IMG/VR virus record: IMGVR_UViG_3300037589_000034
Length of the DNA: 46,273 nucleotides
Source: a virus
Reading direction: 5' to 3' (one strand)
Part shown: one piece after another, positions 15,180-24,062 of the stretch
How the letters are laid out: each line of letters starts with the position of its first letter
Position numbering within the stretch: the stretch's first letter is position 1
The notes under the pieces: generated by a model
The model's database searches: none
What the model was told of the DNA's origin: nothing
Seen by the model: the letters and a program-made list of their open reading frames with translations, nothing else
Made by a program: the position numbers and the translations under genes

Positions 15180-18100
15180 TTGGCTATCACCATCGTACAG
15201 CAGCCACAGGCTCTCACCTTTGTAGGAAATATCCCGGATCTCATCGTAGAGACCACCGGGCTAGGTATGACTGTCAATCTCAAGATAGGATCCACTGTGA
15301 TCCTATCGGAGTACTATGTAGCAGACAGCTCCGGGAGAGCCAGAGTGAATTTCCGGGATTTTATCGATGAGAGACTCTCCCTGGAGATCCCTACATCGGA
15401 CCTATTCGAGCAGACCAAATCATCCGAGACCTATACAGTAGAGATCACTGTAGGATCGGACTCTGATTCATTCAATTTCAAAGCAATCAAGGGAGGATCC
15501 AGTAAGCTAAATCTGGATTGCCCGGCCTTTCTCAAAGAGGCCTGGCTTACCTGGCAGACTCAGACCAAGCAAGTCCGAGACATAGATCCTGAGTGGCTCA
15601 GCTACTATGCTCAGACTGATGCAGTGGTCAAGGCCAAAGGCTGGTTTTCCGGAGGAGGATCTGAGACAGTGACTTTGCACAACCTGACAGCTGGCAAACA
15701 TTACTCGATCAATACGACCTTCTCCGATCTCCGGCTCTCCTTTGGTCCACAGCCTATATATATCGATCTGTGGGTAGAGAATGCAGCTGGAGTTTCTCCG
15801 GCCTATTCTACCTGGCAGATGAGATATGTATTATCTGAGGATCAATTTGATTATGACGACCTCTTTATTTTTATGAATGGATTGGGAGGTATTGATACCA
15901 TCCGATTCACAGGTGATAAGCGATCTGTCAATCCTATGGAAGTGGATGCAGCTCTATTTTTTGATGAGTATGAGGTAGATTACCTGGTCACTCCTCGATT
16001 GGCATTTGAGAAGAATACAGGATTTTTCAGATCTAAGGAGGCTATGCTATGGGCTCAGGATTTTTTTCTGAATAAGGCCCGATACATCTACCAGGAGGAG
16101 GAGCTGATCCCGATCCGATTGATCTCTCCGGAGCCAGTGACTCAGGATCACATCCTGCTCTCCTATGATTTCAAGTTTGGCTATACTCGCCAGACTAATT
16201 ACCTCGCACTCTTTAAAAAAAAAAGTCCCCTCATTGATCCAATAATCATCGGGCCTGGAGATGAGCCAAGTTATCTCCCTCCGGTGATTTCAGATTTTCC
16301 ACAGCAGACAGATCCATCGGGCCTACTTTTCCCGGTTCAAAAGCCAGGTACTCCAGGATGGTTTTTTATCACTTGGGAGAATCTCCAGGAGGAGATCCTT
16401 TCCAATATTCCAGTAGCTCAGCACAATGAGCTCCAAGGATTGCAGGGAGGTAAAGCTCTAGCTGGCCAGGATCCGGCAGAGTATTACCATCTCACTGAGG
16501 AGGAGTATCAAAAGATCCAGGATCTACAAGATCCAGCTGCAGTAGATGGAGTGTCTCAGACAGGTACTTTGGATTTCAATAGCCCTACTGATGTCGATCT
16601 CAATGGATGGAAATGGATCATCGGAGGAGTGGAATACATCGGAGGAGATCAGAATATTACCGGGATCACTGGCACTCCGGCTAATTTTAATCGAGTGGAT
16701 TATGCAGTGGGAGATGATAATGGCGATATTCTATGGATCTCCGGACCGGAGGATCCAGACCAGCTTATAGATCCTTCCATTCCTGCAGGAACCATATTAC
16801 TCGCTAGGGTAATTCGTACTCCTGCAGGTGACAATACATCGGAAGTAACTCCGGAGGACCTCACGGATTTTGTATCCAAATCTGCCTCTGGAAATCAGAC
16901 TATCCAATCATCTATCACACTATCCAGCTTATCAGATCCGGACAATCCTTCCAATCTGATCCAAGTAGATACCAATGGGAAAATAGTGATTGTCAGAGCT
17001 GACCGGATAGGATCATTTGCCACTAGAAATTTGGCTACAGGATTCTCCAGGTTGGCTAGGATCCGGACAGCGATTAGCGGAGGCACTGTGATCAGAGACT
17101 ACCAGTTTAAGCTAGACATCCTGGCTACTTTGGATAATGATGTCACGCAGCAAGGCCAGCTCTATTGTGCACTGATCAATGATGGGACCGGGCAGTATGT
17201 AAGCAGTATTTTGGAAGTATCCGGATCTCTGGATCCTGGAGTTTTCACCTTAGTAAAAGTTTCTGCTACGGAGTATGATTTGTTTTATGAGCATCTTGAT
17301 ACTACAGCTATTCTCATCTACAGGCCATTTGCACTAGGTCCAGCTGATCGATATGTTTTTTACAGAAGAGAAGTGATTATTCCTGCTTTACCTGCAGGGG
17401 ATCAGTATAGTTTTGTCCAAGACTTATTGCCTCAAGATGGCATATTTGAGCGAGGCACAATTACCTTTGATTCTCAGACATCTATTGATATAGATGGTTT
17501 TCAGTGGTACTACGATGGCACTCTGCAGACAGGAGGACTAGAAGAGAATAAGACCATACCAGGATCTCCTATTGATTACAATCGAATAGATGCACTGGTA
17601 GGGGATAATGCTGGAAATTATCACTGGATCCAGGGAGTAGAGGATGAGAGTATAGCAATAGAGCCAGCTATCCCGGCTGATCGAATATTATTGGAGTACA
17701 TTTTTCGTACTCCAGCAGGAGACAATACTGCTCAGCCTGTAGATCCAGACCTTTCCATTTATGTAGATAAAGTAAGTACTGGAAACCAGATTATACAATC
17801 AAACTTCGGGGCTGCTCCACTCGCTGGATCGTTCTTAGAGTCTTTATATACCGATGCCAATGGAGTTTTCCGAAAGATAAGAACTGACTATCATGGAGTT
17901 TATTCCACTGTAGAAGGAGTAGGGGCTAATGACTGGTCCAAGCTAGTCACTATAAATGTCATAGGAAGTCAGATCCGATACTATGTAGCCTTGGAATTTG
18001 CTGGAGTTTCTCCGGCTTATGAAAAAGGATTTATATGGATACAGTTTGAAACAAACTCCTCCGGAGATCTGACTGTAAATAAGCTGAAAGTATTTGGAGA

Positions 18101-19109
18101 GATTAATCCGGCAAAATTAAAGCTGGTCCGGATAGATACTTTTACCTATGCTGTTTTTGTCCACCACAATGAGCCCGGAGCATTCTTTAAATTCAGACCT
18201 CAGTTTAGTTTTGGATCAAGCTCAGTCTATACTTTCCATCACCAAGATGGCAGAAATCCGCTGCCTACAGGTGATCAGTATAATTTTTCAGTTTTCGGAG
18301 GATCAGATCAAAACAACCAAATCAGAATTATTGAAGTAGGCGAAGAAAATCTGCCTGTAAATTGGACAGACTCAGACCTTATTGATTATTTAAACACTCA
18401 AAGCATTGTTATAAGTGAATACGAAACTATTGGCATACAAATAAATCCTCCTCCTCCTCCTACTGGAGAAGTTCCTACAAATGGGCTTCTTGCTTACTAC
18501 AAATTTGAGGAGCTTTCTGGAGCATCCATTATCGAGGATAATTTTAGCACTTATAACGGTACAGTTGTAGGATCGCTTACTAATGGAATGCCCGGTAAAA
18601 TTTCAAATGGCATAAGGAGCAATGGTAGTCCTAACAATTATTTTGCATTTACAGGATGGGGATGGGGATCTGCAGGATCAGTTTCTTTCTGGATTAAATT
18701 AGATAATCATATACCTGCTAGTTTTGAAAATGCTCTTATGAATATTAATGGATTTGATTTTATGACTCACTATCCCTGGACAACAAACAGGATATTAATA
18801 AGCATTTTAAGAGGCAATAGAATTGATATCGGTACAGGAATAATTGAAGATAGGACAGTTTGGCACATGCTCACAGTAACAACCGACCTTACAGCTAATG
18901 AATATAAAGTCTATCAGAATGCCACAGAAATATATTCAGGGACTGCAGGGCCTTTAACAAATCCAATTGGCAACGAAATGCAAATTTTAAGAGGAGGAAC
19001 AAACAGAGGACTTAGAGGCATGATAGATGAACTTGGATTTTGGAATAGAGCATTGACACCAACTGAAATAACAGATCTTTACAATTCAGGAATAGGCAGA
19101 ACGCTATGA
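15180..19109 (+). CDS. Large tail fibre / receptor-binding protein with internal duplication and C-terminal LamG-like lectin domain
   Basis: 1309 aa with a TTG start. Residues 462-746 and 759-1038 are paralogous. A PPPPP linker precedes GLLAYYKFEE...SVSFWIKLD...WHMLTVT...IDELGFWNRALTPTEITDLYNSG, which is typical of LamG_3/concanavalin-like domains. Confidence 0.7.
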   Translation: MAITIVQQPQALTFVGNIPDLIVETTGLGMTVNLKIGSTVILSEYYVADSSGRARVNFRDFIDERLSLEIPTSDLFEQTKSSETYTVEITVGSDSDSFNFKAIKGGSSKLNLDCPAFLKEAWLTWQTQTKQVRDIDPEWLSYYAQTDAVVKAKGWFSGGGSETVTLHNLTAGKHYSINTTFSDLRLSFGPQPIYIDLWVENAAGVSPAYSTWQMRYVLSEDQFDYDDLFIFMNGLGGIDTIRFTGDKRSVNPMEVDAALFFDEYEVDYLVTPRLAFEKNTGFFRSKEAMLWAQDFFLNKARYIYQEEELIPIRLISPEPVTQDHILLSYDFKFGYTRQTNYLALFKKKSPLIDPIIIGPGDEPSYLPPVISDFPQQTDPSGLLFPVQKPGTPGWFFITWENLQEEILSNIPVAQHNELQGLQGGKALAGQDPAEYYHLTEEEYQKIQDLQDPAAVDGVSQTGTLDFNSPTDVDLNGWKWIIGGVEYIGGDQNITGITGTPANFNRVDYAVGDDNGDILWISGPEDPDQLIDPSIPAGTILLARVIRTPAGDNTSEVTPEDLTDFVSKSASGNQTIQSSITLSSLSDPDNPSNLIQVDTNGKIVIVRADRIGSFATRNLATGFSRLARIRTAISGGTVIRDYQFKLDILATLDNDVTQQGQLYCALINDGTGQYVSSILEVSGSLDPGVFTLVKVSATEYDLFYEHLDTTAILIYRPFALGPADRYVFYRREVIIPALPAGDQYSFVQDLLPQDGIFERGTITFDSQTSIDIDGFQWYYDGTLQTGGLEENKTIPGSPIDYNRIDALVGDNAGNYHWIQGVEDESIAIEPAIPADRILLEYIFRTPAGDNTAQPVDPDLSIYVDKVSTGNQIIQSNFGAAPLAGSFLESLYTDANGVFRKIRTDYHGVYSTVEGVGANDWSKLVTINVIGSQIRYYVALEFAGVSPAYEKGFIWIQFETNSSGDLTVNKLKVFGEINPAKLKLVRIDTFTYAVFVHHNEPGAFFKFRPQFSFGSSSVYTFHHQDGRNPLPTGDQYNFSVFGGSDQNNQIRIIEVGEENLPVNWTDSDLIDYLNTQSIVISEYETIGIQINPPPPPTGEVPTNGLLAYYKFEELSGASIIEDNFSTYNGTVVGSLTNGMPGKISNGIRSNGSPNNYFAFTGWGWGSAGSVSFWIKLDNHIPASFENALMNINGFDFMTHYPWTTNRILISILRGNRIDIGTGIIEDRTVWHMLTVTTDLTANEYKVYQNATEIYSGTAGPLTNPIGNEMQILRGGTNRGLRGMIDELGFWNRALTPTEITDLYNSGIGRTL
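16563..17417 (+). repeat. Intragenic duplicated module, copy 1 (aa 462-746)
   Basis: GTLDFNSPTDVDLNGWKW...NRVDYAVGDDNGDILWI...IRTPAGDNTSEV...PAGDQYSFV aligns with copy 2 along its whole length. Confidence 0.8.
17454..18293 (+). repeat. Intragenic duplicated module, copy 2 (aa 759-1038)
   Basis: GTITFDSQTSIDIDGFQW...NRIDALVGDNAGNYHWI...FRTPAGDNTAQP...PTGDQYNFSV. Its DNA is visibly more AT-rich than copy 1. Confidence 0.8.
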
Positions 19110-19975
19110 AATATTTATTGACAGGTATTGGTAAAGGGAATTACGGAAGCGGTGGAACTCCACTGAGCACATCAAATCTTTGGAAGATTAAAGAAGATCC
19201 AATATCGTTATCTAGCCTTGAGCGAGGAAACGCATCAAATGGGCAGGTTTTAAAATTCAATAATTCGACTCAGAGATGGGAGCCTGCAGATGAAGGAGGA
19301 GTAGTAGGGCTAACTATAAATAGGCTTTTAAAAGCGACAAGTCCTACAACCTTTGGAGATAGTGATATCGTGGAAGATGGAACGAAAGTAGATATCCAAA
19401 CAGGACTACAGGTTACTGGTCAAATTACAAACGATGTCCACTTAGTTTTAGGTGATAAAACGGCCAAACAAAGATTTTGCACTTTCCAGAATGGCTCAAA
19501 TATTCAATGGAGAGTAAATATGCAAGGGGATAACGTGACTAAAGATGTACCAACTGATCCTGCATACGCTATGGCTGTAGATTCCAGAGCTGGAGAAGAT
19601 GGCTTTTCAATATTTAGATGGCCAGTAGGATCCGGAACTTATAGAAGAATATTTGGCGTAAATGAAACATTATTTCGACTTGAGGATGTAAATGGTCAAG
19701 AGAATTTTAGAATCAATATGGCTAATGGGGATTTTGGATTTAGGGATGGTGCAAACTTATACTTTGGAACAAGTTTAGGAACAAGAATTGGATATGCCGA
19801 CAATCACAAATTAGCTTTTTGGGGCAAAACACCAGTAATTCAACAAAACACAACATCTGCAGCCGCAACCCTAGTTTCAAATACATCGGGTATAACAGAT
19901 GATACGGCCACTTTCGATGGATACACGATTGGACAAGTAATTAAAATATTAAGAACAATTGGATTATTACAATGA
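19106..19975 (+). CDS. Tail fibre protein
   Basis: 289 aa, with an ATGA overlap with the preceding gene. GQVLKFNNSTQRWEPA and the C-terminal KLAFWGKTPVIQQ...FDGYTIGQVIKILRTIGLL are motifs I associate with phage tail fibre proteins. Confidence 0.6.
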   Translation: MKYLLTGIGKGNYGSGGTPLSTSNLWKIKEDPISLSSLERGNASNGQVLKFNNSTQRWEPADEGGVVGLTINRLLKATSPTTFGDSDIVEDGTKVDIQTGLQVTGQITNDVHLVLGDKTAKQRFCTFQNGSNIQWRVNMQGDNVTKDVPTDPAYAMAVDSRAGEDGFSIFRWPVGSGTYRRIFGVNETLFRLEDVNGQENFRINMANGDFGFRDGANLYFGTSLGTRIGYADNHKLAFWGKTPVIQQNTTSAAATLVSNTSGITDDTATFDGYTIGQVIKILRTIGLLQ

Positions 19976-20307
19976 AAAACTTAACAGACTCACCTACAGG
20001 AATAAAAAGAAGGCTAAGAACTATTGGATTAACCAATTGGAGTGTTCAAAGCAGCGCAATTGAATTTCAATTTCAAATTGAAGCAATTGACTCAGAGGGT
20101 AAAATAATAAATGATAAATCTGTAAATGCTATAAGAATAGAGAGATACAGTATCAATAATTCTAATAAAGTAAATTCAGCATTTAATCCATCACCAGAAG
20201 GAATTGGCGAGTACGATTTTTTTATTGAATTCTTGAAAAAAACGCCATTTATCCAAGCTATAGGACTACTAGAGGATAAATTAATTGAAAGAGGATATTT
20301 TGACTGA
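19972..20307 (+). CDS. Hypothetical protein (111 aa), possible fibre accessory protein
   Basis: ATGA overlap with the tail fibre gene. The functional suggestion rests on position only. Confidence 0.45.
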   Translation: MKNLTDSPTGIKRRLRTIGLTNWSVQSSAIEFQFQIEAIDSEGKIINDKSVNAIRIERYSINNSNKVNSAFNPSPEGIGEYDFFIEFLKKTPFIQAIGLLEDKLIERGYFD

Positions 20308-20314
20308 TGCCAAT

Positions 20315-20470
20315 ATGATTGAGATAAACAAAAACTTAAAGGTTGAATTCTCTGCTGAGGAGCTAGCTATGGTTGTAAAAATCTTGAGCAAACTTCGTTA
20401 TAAGGATGTGGCTCCAGTAATCGATTTAATAAATGGCAGAGTATTGGAGCGATCAAATCAAAAAGAATAA
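20315..20470 (+). CDS. Hypothetical protein (51 aa)
   Basis: ATG at 20315, after the previous stop. The track ORF starts at a TTG at 20285. Confidence 0.4.
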   Translation: MIEINKNLKVEFSAEELAMVVKILSKLRYKDVAPVIDLINGRVLERSNQKE

Positions 20471-20590
20471 ATTTTAAGTCTTGAAATACAGATCTATGGT
20501 CCGATTTTTCCTTTAGCCATTTATCAAAAAAAGGAAACTAAATAGTACAATCATCGTATTTTAGGGTTTCAAATACCTTTTTATGTAAAA

Positions 20591-20845
20591 ATGAATTATT
20601 TAACCCCCATGGATGCAAGGAATCTTTTTACCAGATTGAGAGAATTAAACACTGAGAGTATTTCCCTAGAGCTGCAGCAGCTCCAGGATCTAGTAGTCAA
20701 GCACTACGATCCAGAGCTACCAGCCAAAAGCCTGATTGAAACTTACACTATGCTCTCCTCTATTGACAATCTGATCCGGGACCTTGCATTACTCGCATCT
20801 CAGATCGAAGGCGATCAAGATCTACATGAGAGTAAATCATCGTAG
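20591..20845 (+). CDS. Doubtful ORF (84 aa) converging on and overlapping the integrase 3' end
   Basis: The ORF is open, but 86 nt overlap the integrase on the opposite strand. It lies in the probable attP region. Confidence 0.25.
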   Translation: MNYLTPMDARNLFTRLRELNTESISLELQQLQDLVVKHYDPELPAKSLIETYTMLSSIDNLIRDLALLASQIEGDQDLHESKSS

Positions 20846-22040
20846 TGCTGATCTTGGAGTGGCCTAGTAGTTTCTGCAGGACTTCTATATGGCCTCCTCT
20901 CCGGAGAAATTCAGTTGCGAAAGTATGCCTGGCTACATGAGTGGTCAGGCATTTTCTTATTTCGGACCTCCCGGCTATATCCTTTAGGATCTCATTGTGA
21001 TTTTTCATGGTAGTGGTATCAAAGAGCTTTCCTTTTTTATTCTGGACCAGCGCAAAGGCATCCTCAGTGATCGGGACTGTCACTCGCTTTTCGATGCCTC
21101 TTGTCTTGTGTGGAATGAATATCAAGAGATCATCCTCGATCTCCTTCCAGGTGACTCGCTCGATATCCGAAAATCGGAGCCCGGTCAAAGTGGAAAACAA
21201 AAAGGCTCCCAGGACTCGCTTATGGGATGGCAGGATATCCTCTGACTGGTAGTAGTGCCACAGTTTTTTGAGCTCTGCAGGATTGCAATAGACTATCCTG
21301 CCATTGGTAGATGGCATCTTAAATTCTGCTATAGACTCCATATTTACTGCCATCCCTACCTTGCTCGCTCTCCGGGCCTGAGACTTGATGGTTTTTAAGA
21401 TGGACCAGGATCCATTGACAGATAGGCCTTCATTTTTCCTGAGCCAGGCATGCAGACTCTCCAGACTCTCCTCATTTAGCTCTGAGAATCTCCATTCACT
21501 TCTCCATCCTTGGACTCGCTTGATTTGACTCTTTAGGTTTTTGTAGGTCTGCAGCTCGATCTTACCTGCATGATATCGATCCTCGATGTCCTGATTAGAC
21601 CAGGCTAGGAAATCTTTTCGGAGGCCATAGCGGCCATATTCCCGGACAAACTCCTCAATGCTCAGCTCAAAGTCCGAGTGCCTGTAGAATAGAAATATAT
21701 CATTGATTTTGGCTAGCTCTTTTTGAGCAAGCAGATTGTAGTCAGTAGCGAGCTGATCTGTTTTGGTCCTGGGGAGAAACTGACCGGATCGATTGTCAAA
21801 TTTATCGATGGGCCAGCTGATTTTGAGTGGGATCTGAGTCCGGCTAGAATTGATCAGTACCTGGATGTAGATAGGAGCTAGTCCCTCCTTATTAGGCCTG
21901 TCTCTCCGGATCCTTACTGCAGCACTAGCTCGCATGTCTCCTTTTTTCGTGTGAAAAATTGGAGACATGCGCTTGCTTAAAGTGCCTGTTTTGGCCATTC
22001 TGGACATTTGTGTGAAATTTTGTGTGAAACCAAAATCCAC
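20760..22040 (-). CDS. int: Tyrosine recombinase / phage integrase
   Basis: The C-terminal HVARHTFATEFLRRGGHIEVLQKLLGHSKISTTMIYSHV carries the H-x-x-R ... Y catalytic pattern. LTGLRFSDI holds the R box. The N-terminal RIRRDRPNKEGLAPIYIQV arm-type domain is as in Bacteroidota integrases. The true start may be an internal Met (21935-22007). Confidence 0.9.
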   Translation of the reverse strand: MDFGFTQNFTQMSRMAKTGTLSKRMSPIFHTKKGDMRASAAVRIRRDRPNKEGLAPIYIQVLINSSRTQIPLKISWPIDKFDNRSGQFLPRTKTDQLATDYNLLAQKELAKINDIFLFYRHSDFELSIEEFVREYGRYGLRKDFLAWSNQDIEDRYHAGKIELQTYKNLKSQIKRVQGWRSEWRFSELNEESLESLHAWLRKNEGLSVNGSWSILKTIKSQARRASKVGMAVNMESIAEFKMPSTNGRIVYCNPAELKKLWHYYQSEDILPSHKRVLGAFLFSTLTGLRFSDIERVTWKEIEDDLLIFIPHKTRGIEKRVTVPITEDAFALVQNKKGKLFDTTTMKNHNEILKDIAGRSEIRKCLTTHVARHTFATEFLRRGGHIEVLQKLLGHSKISTTMIYSHVDLDRLRSEMRVMQGPGSDCQ

Positions 22041-22110
22041 TTCCAGAGATTGTACGAGGCATTTCTGCCTTTTTTTGTACCCAGAGCCGGAGTATTTTTA
22101 CTTTTGTAAT

Positions 22111-22127
22111 TGATTGAAATTCAATCA
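22111..22127. repeat. 17-bp perfect palindrome TGATTGAA-A-TTCAATCA between repressor and integrase
   Basis: Read directly from the sequence; function unknown. Confidence 0.6.
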
Positions 22128-22149
22128 TTTCTAAAAACTGTGTGAAAAT

Positions 22150-22572
22150 TCATTCTGGAGGCTCTTGATTTTTCAGCCTCTCCATTAATAGCTCATTGTG
22201 CCGCTCTAGCAGCTCTACATATTTCTTTCTCCAGTATTCTATTTTCTCCAGGAGACTTGTATCCTGCTCGGAGTCACTGGATCCTCTCTCCTCCATCGGA
22301 GCGATTAGCTCCCAATCCATGGCCAGCTCCGGGAATTCCTTCCGGAAATCGTAATTCATGGCCTTTCCCCAGCGGAGAATAATATGGTTCGGGAGATCAT
22401 CCTTCTCAAAATGCCTGTAGGGAGTACTCTGATCGTATCCTGCTTTTTTTGCCAAAGCTGTCAAGCTCAGGCCTTGCATATTGCAGTACCTGTATATGAC
22501 ATCTTTCAGTATTTTTCCTTTGTGAATCAGCACATTACAAAAAGACTGATATTTTTTATGAATAAATTCCAT
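22150..22572 (-). CDS. HTH (XRE-like) repressor candidate, CI-like
   Basis: The 140-aa version starts at MEFIHKKYQSF. The segment CNMQGLSLTALAKKAGYDQSTPYRHF is an HTH. The gene is divergent from the + strand early genes and co-oriented with int. The track ORF extends to 22722 across the operator region. Confidence 0.6.
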   Translation of the reverse strand: MEFIHKKYQSFCNVLIHKGKILKDVIYRYCNMQGLSLTALAKKAGYDQSTPYRHFEKDDLPNHIILRWGKAMNYDFRKEFPELAMDWELIAPMEERGSSDSEQDTSLLEKIEYWRKKYVELLERHNELLMERLKNQEPPE

Positions 22573-22676
22573 GAAAATATTTGTTTGGTTACTGTTTTTA
22601 CTGTAAGATTGCTGTATAGTTACTGCATAAGTACAGTAAATAATCATGTGACACAATACCAGTTTTCTACTAGACA
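22573..22676. promoter_or_regulatory. Divergent promoter/operator region of the lysis-lysogeny switch
   Basis: Four copies of TTACTG: direct at 22589, 22598 and 22620, and inverted (CAGTAA) at 22634. They sit in a 104-nt gap between divergent genes. Confidence 0.5.
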
Positions 22677-22901
22677 ATGATTTCAGAAAAAGAATTGACA
22701 GCCCTAAAATCCTCACTTCCAAGAGGATATTTCAAAAAAACTCTCCTTAAAACCTCCCTTTCCGAGAAAACAGTCTCAAACTTCTTCTCCGGAAAATCAT
22801 ACAACCTGGAGGTACATGAGGCCGCTCTTGAGGTCCTTAAAGAGGATCAGTTGCGGAAAAATGCAGTGATCAAGCAGCAAAACGAATTCATTCATGAATA
22901 A
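22677..22901 (+). CDS. Small early regulator candidate (Cro-like position, 74 aa)
   Basis: This is the first + strand gene divergent from the repressor. The call rests on position only. Confidence 0.4.
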   Translation: MISEKELTALKSSLPRGYFKKTLLKTSLSEKTVSNFFSGKSYNLEVHEAALEVLKEDQLRKNAVIKQQNEFIHE

Positions 22902-23487
22902 GAAAAAGCTCATCTCCGAAATGAAAAAATGTGTTCAAGGTCCAATCCCCTCCGGGATAGATGATGAGAACATCGAATTTTTTGCAAAGGGTGAGCTGGT
23001 CTATGCCATCATGAATCAAGAGATCATCCCCTCATACGAATGGCCTGAATGGCTCTTTGAGATTATCGAAAAAGATATGGAGGCTAATCCTGCAGCTGTA
23101 GAGTCCCTGGTCACACTTGGACTCGATGGCAGAAGAGAGATGATCGATCAATACATCCGATGCAGATATGGATCCCTGGACAATGATCCGGATCTAGTAG
23201 CTGGAGTCATGCAGGATACCGAGTACGTATCCTGTCACCTGAGAGGAAGCTGCCCATTTGAGGGGAAGTTGTGCGAGTTGTTTAAAGCTCCCTATGGGAC
23301 AATCACCCAAAGAGAGATCCAAGTACTCCGGCTGATACCAGAAGGCCTCCTGGACAAGGAGATCGCTGATCAGCTAGGGATCTCTCCTCTTACTGTAGAG
23401 GTCTATATGAAATCCCTCCGGGCTAAAACCGGATGTAAGAATAAAGCAGAACTGGTCCGATTTGCATTTAATCACAACCTGCTATGA
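22894..23487 (+). CDS. LuxR/GerE-type HTH transcription regulator
   Basis: The C-terminal ITQREIQVLRLIPEGLLDKEIADQLGISPLTVEVYMKSLRAKTGCKNKAELVRFA is a GerE-type HTH. The Cys-containing N-terminal 130 aa are not recognised. Confidence 0.75.
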   Translation: MNKKKLISEMKKCVQGPIPSGIDDENIEFFAKGELVYAIMNQEIIPSYEWPEWLFEIIEKDMEANPAAVESLVTLGLDGRREMIDQYIRCRYGSLDNDPDLVAGVMQDTEYVSCHLRGSCPFEGKLCELFKAPYGTITQREIQVLRLIPEGLLDKEIADQLGISPLTVEVYMKSLRAKTGCKNKAELVRFAFNHNLL

Positions 23488-23529
23488 GAATTACCGGATC
23501 GTTCTTTCCACTTCGAGATTGTACGGATA

Positions 23530-23611
23530 ACATCCTTTTAAAAATCCAGGCCTGTTCCGGTAGGGCCTGGATCTCATCTCGATTCAATCAATCACAAATC
23601 ACAATCACACC
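23530..23611 (+). repeat. Palindrome+leader unit, distant copy outside the cassette array
   Basis: Hairpin ATCCAGGCC-(11 nt)-GGCCTGGAT at 23535-23563, followed by CAATCAATCACAAATCACAATCACACC and the ATG. Confidence 0.75.
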
Positions 23612-23839
23612 ATGAATGACATCAATTGCAGCATCTCTCAGCTGCGAAAAGCTGAGGAGGCTCTATCCTACTACAGAGGAGAGCGCAAAAAGCTAGGGGA
23701 CCTTATTGTAGCTCCTAGACTGGATTGGATGATCTACAAGTTCACTCAGATCCGCAATACAAATTTTGAGCGAATCAGCTCCCAAATCGATCAAATTATT
23801 CCAACTGAAAAACTTTATCAAGATCTCTATGAATGCTAG
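23612..23839 (+). CDS. Hypothetical protein (75 aa)
   Basis: ORF starting directly after the CAATCACAA-type leader. Confidence 0.55.
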   Translation: MNDINCSISQLRKAEEALSYYRGERKKLGDLIVAPRLDWMIYKFTQIRNTNFERISSQIDQIIPTEKLYQDLYEC

Positions 23840-24062
23840 TACCATCAATCCAGAAATCAAGCTCCTGGAGTACCAGGATCAGCTTGCCTTTGTCCAGTCA
23901 GAGCTCATCGAGGATCGCTCTAAACTAGCTCGGGCTAAAAAGCAATTAGCGGATCCAGAAGAGATCCAGGCCATCGAGACTGACATCACTAACCTGGAGC
24001 TGGCAGTGGATAAAATCCAGGCTCAAATACTAATCCTTAAACACCAAATCCCTGAAAAATGA
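23829..24062 (+). CDS. Hypothetical coiled-coil protein (77 aa)
   Basis: Internal ATG of the track ORF 23766-24062, overlapping the previous gene by 11 nt. Confidence 0.5.
   Translation: MNASTINPEIKLLEYQDQLAFVQSELIEDRSKLARAKKQLADPEEIQAIETDITNLELAVDKIQAQILILKHQIPEK

Noticed and set aside
20997-22128. ORFs 20997-21245 and 21007-21252 (+) and 21925-22128 (-) overlapping the integrase
   Set aside because: They are shadows of the integrase gene, which has unambiguous catalytic motifs.
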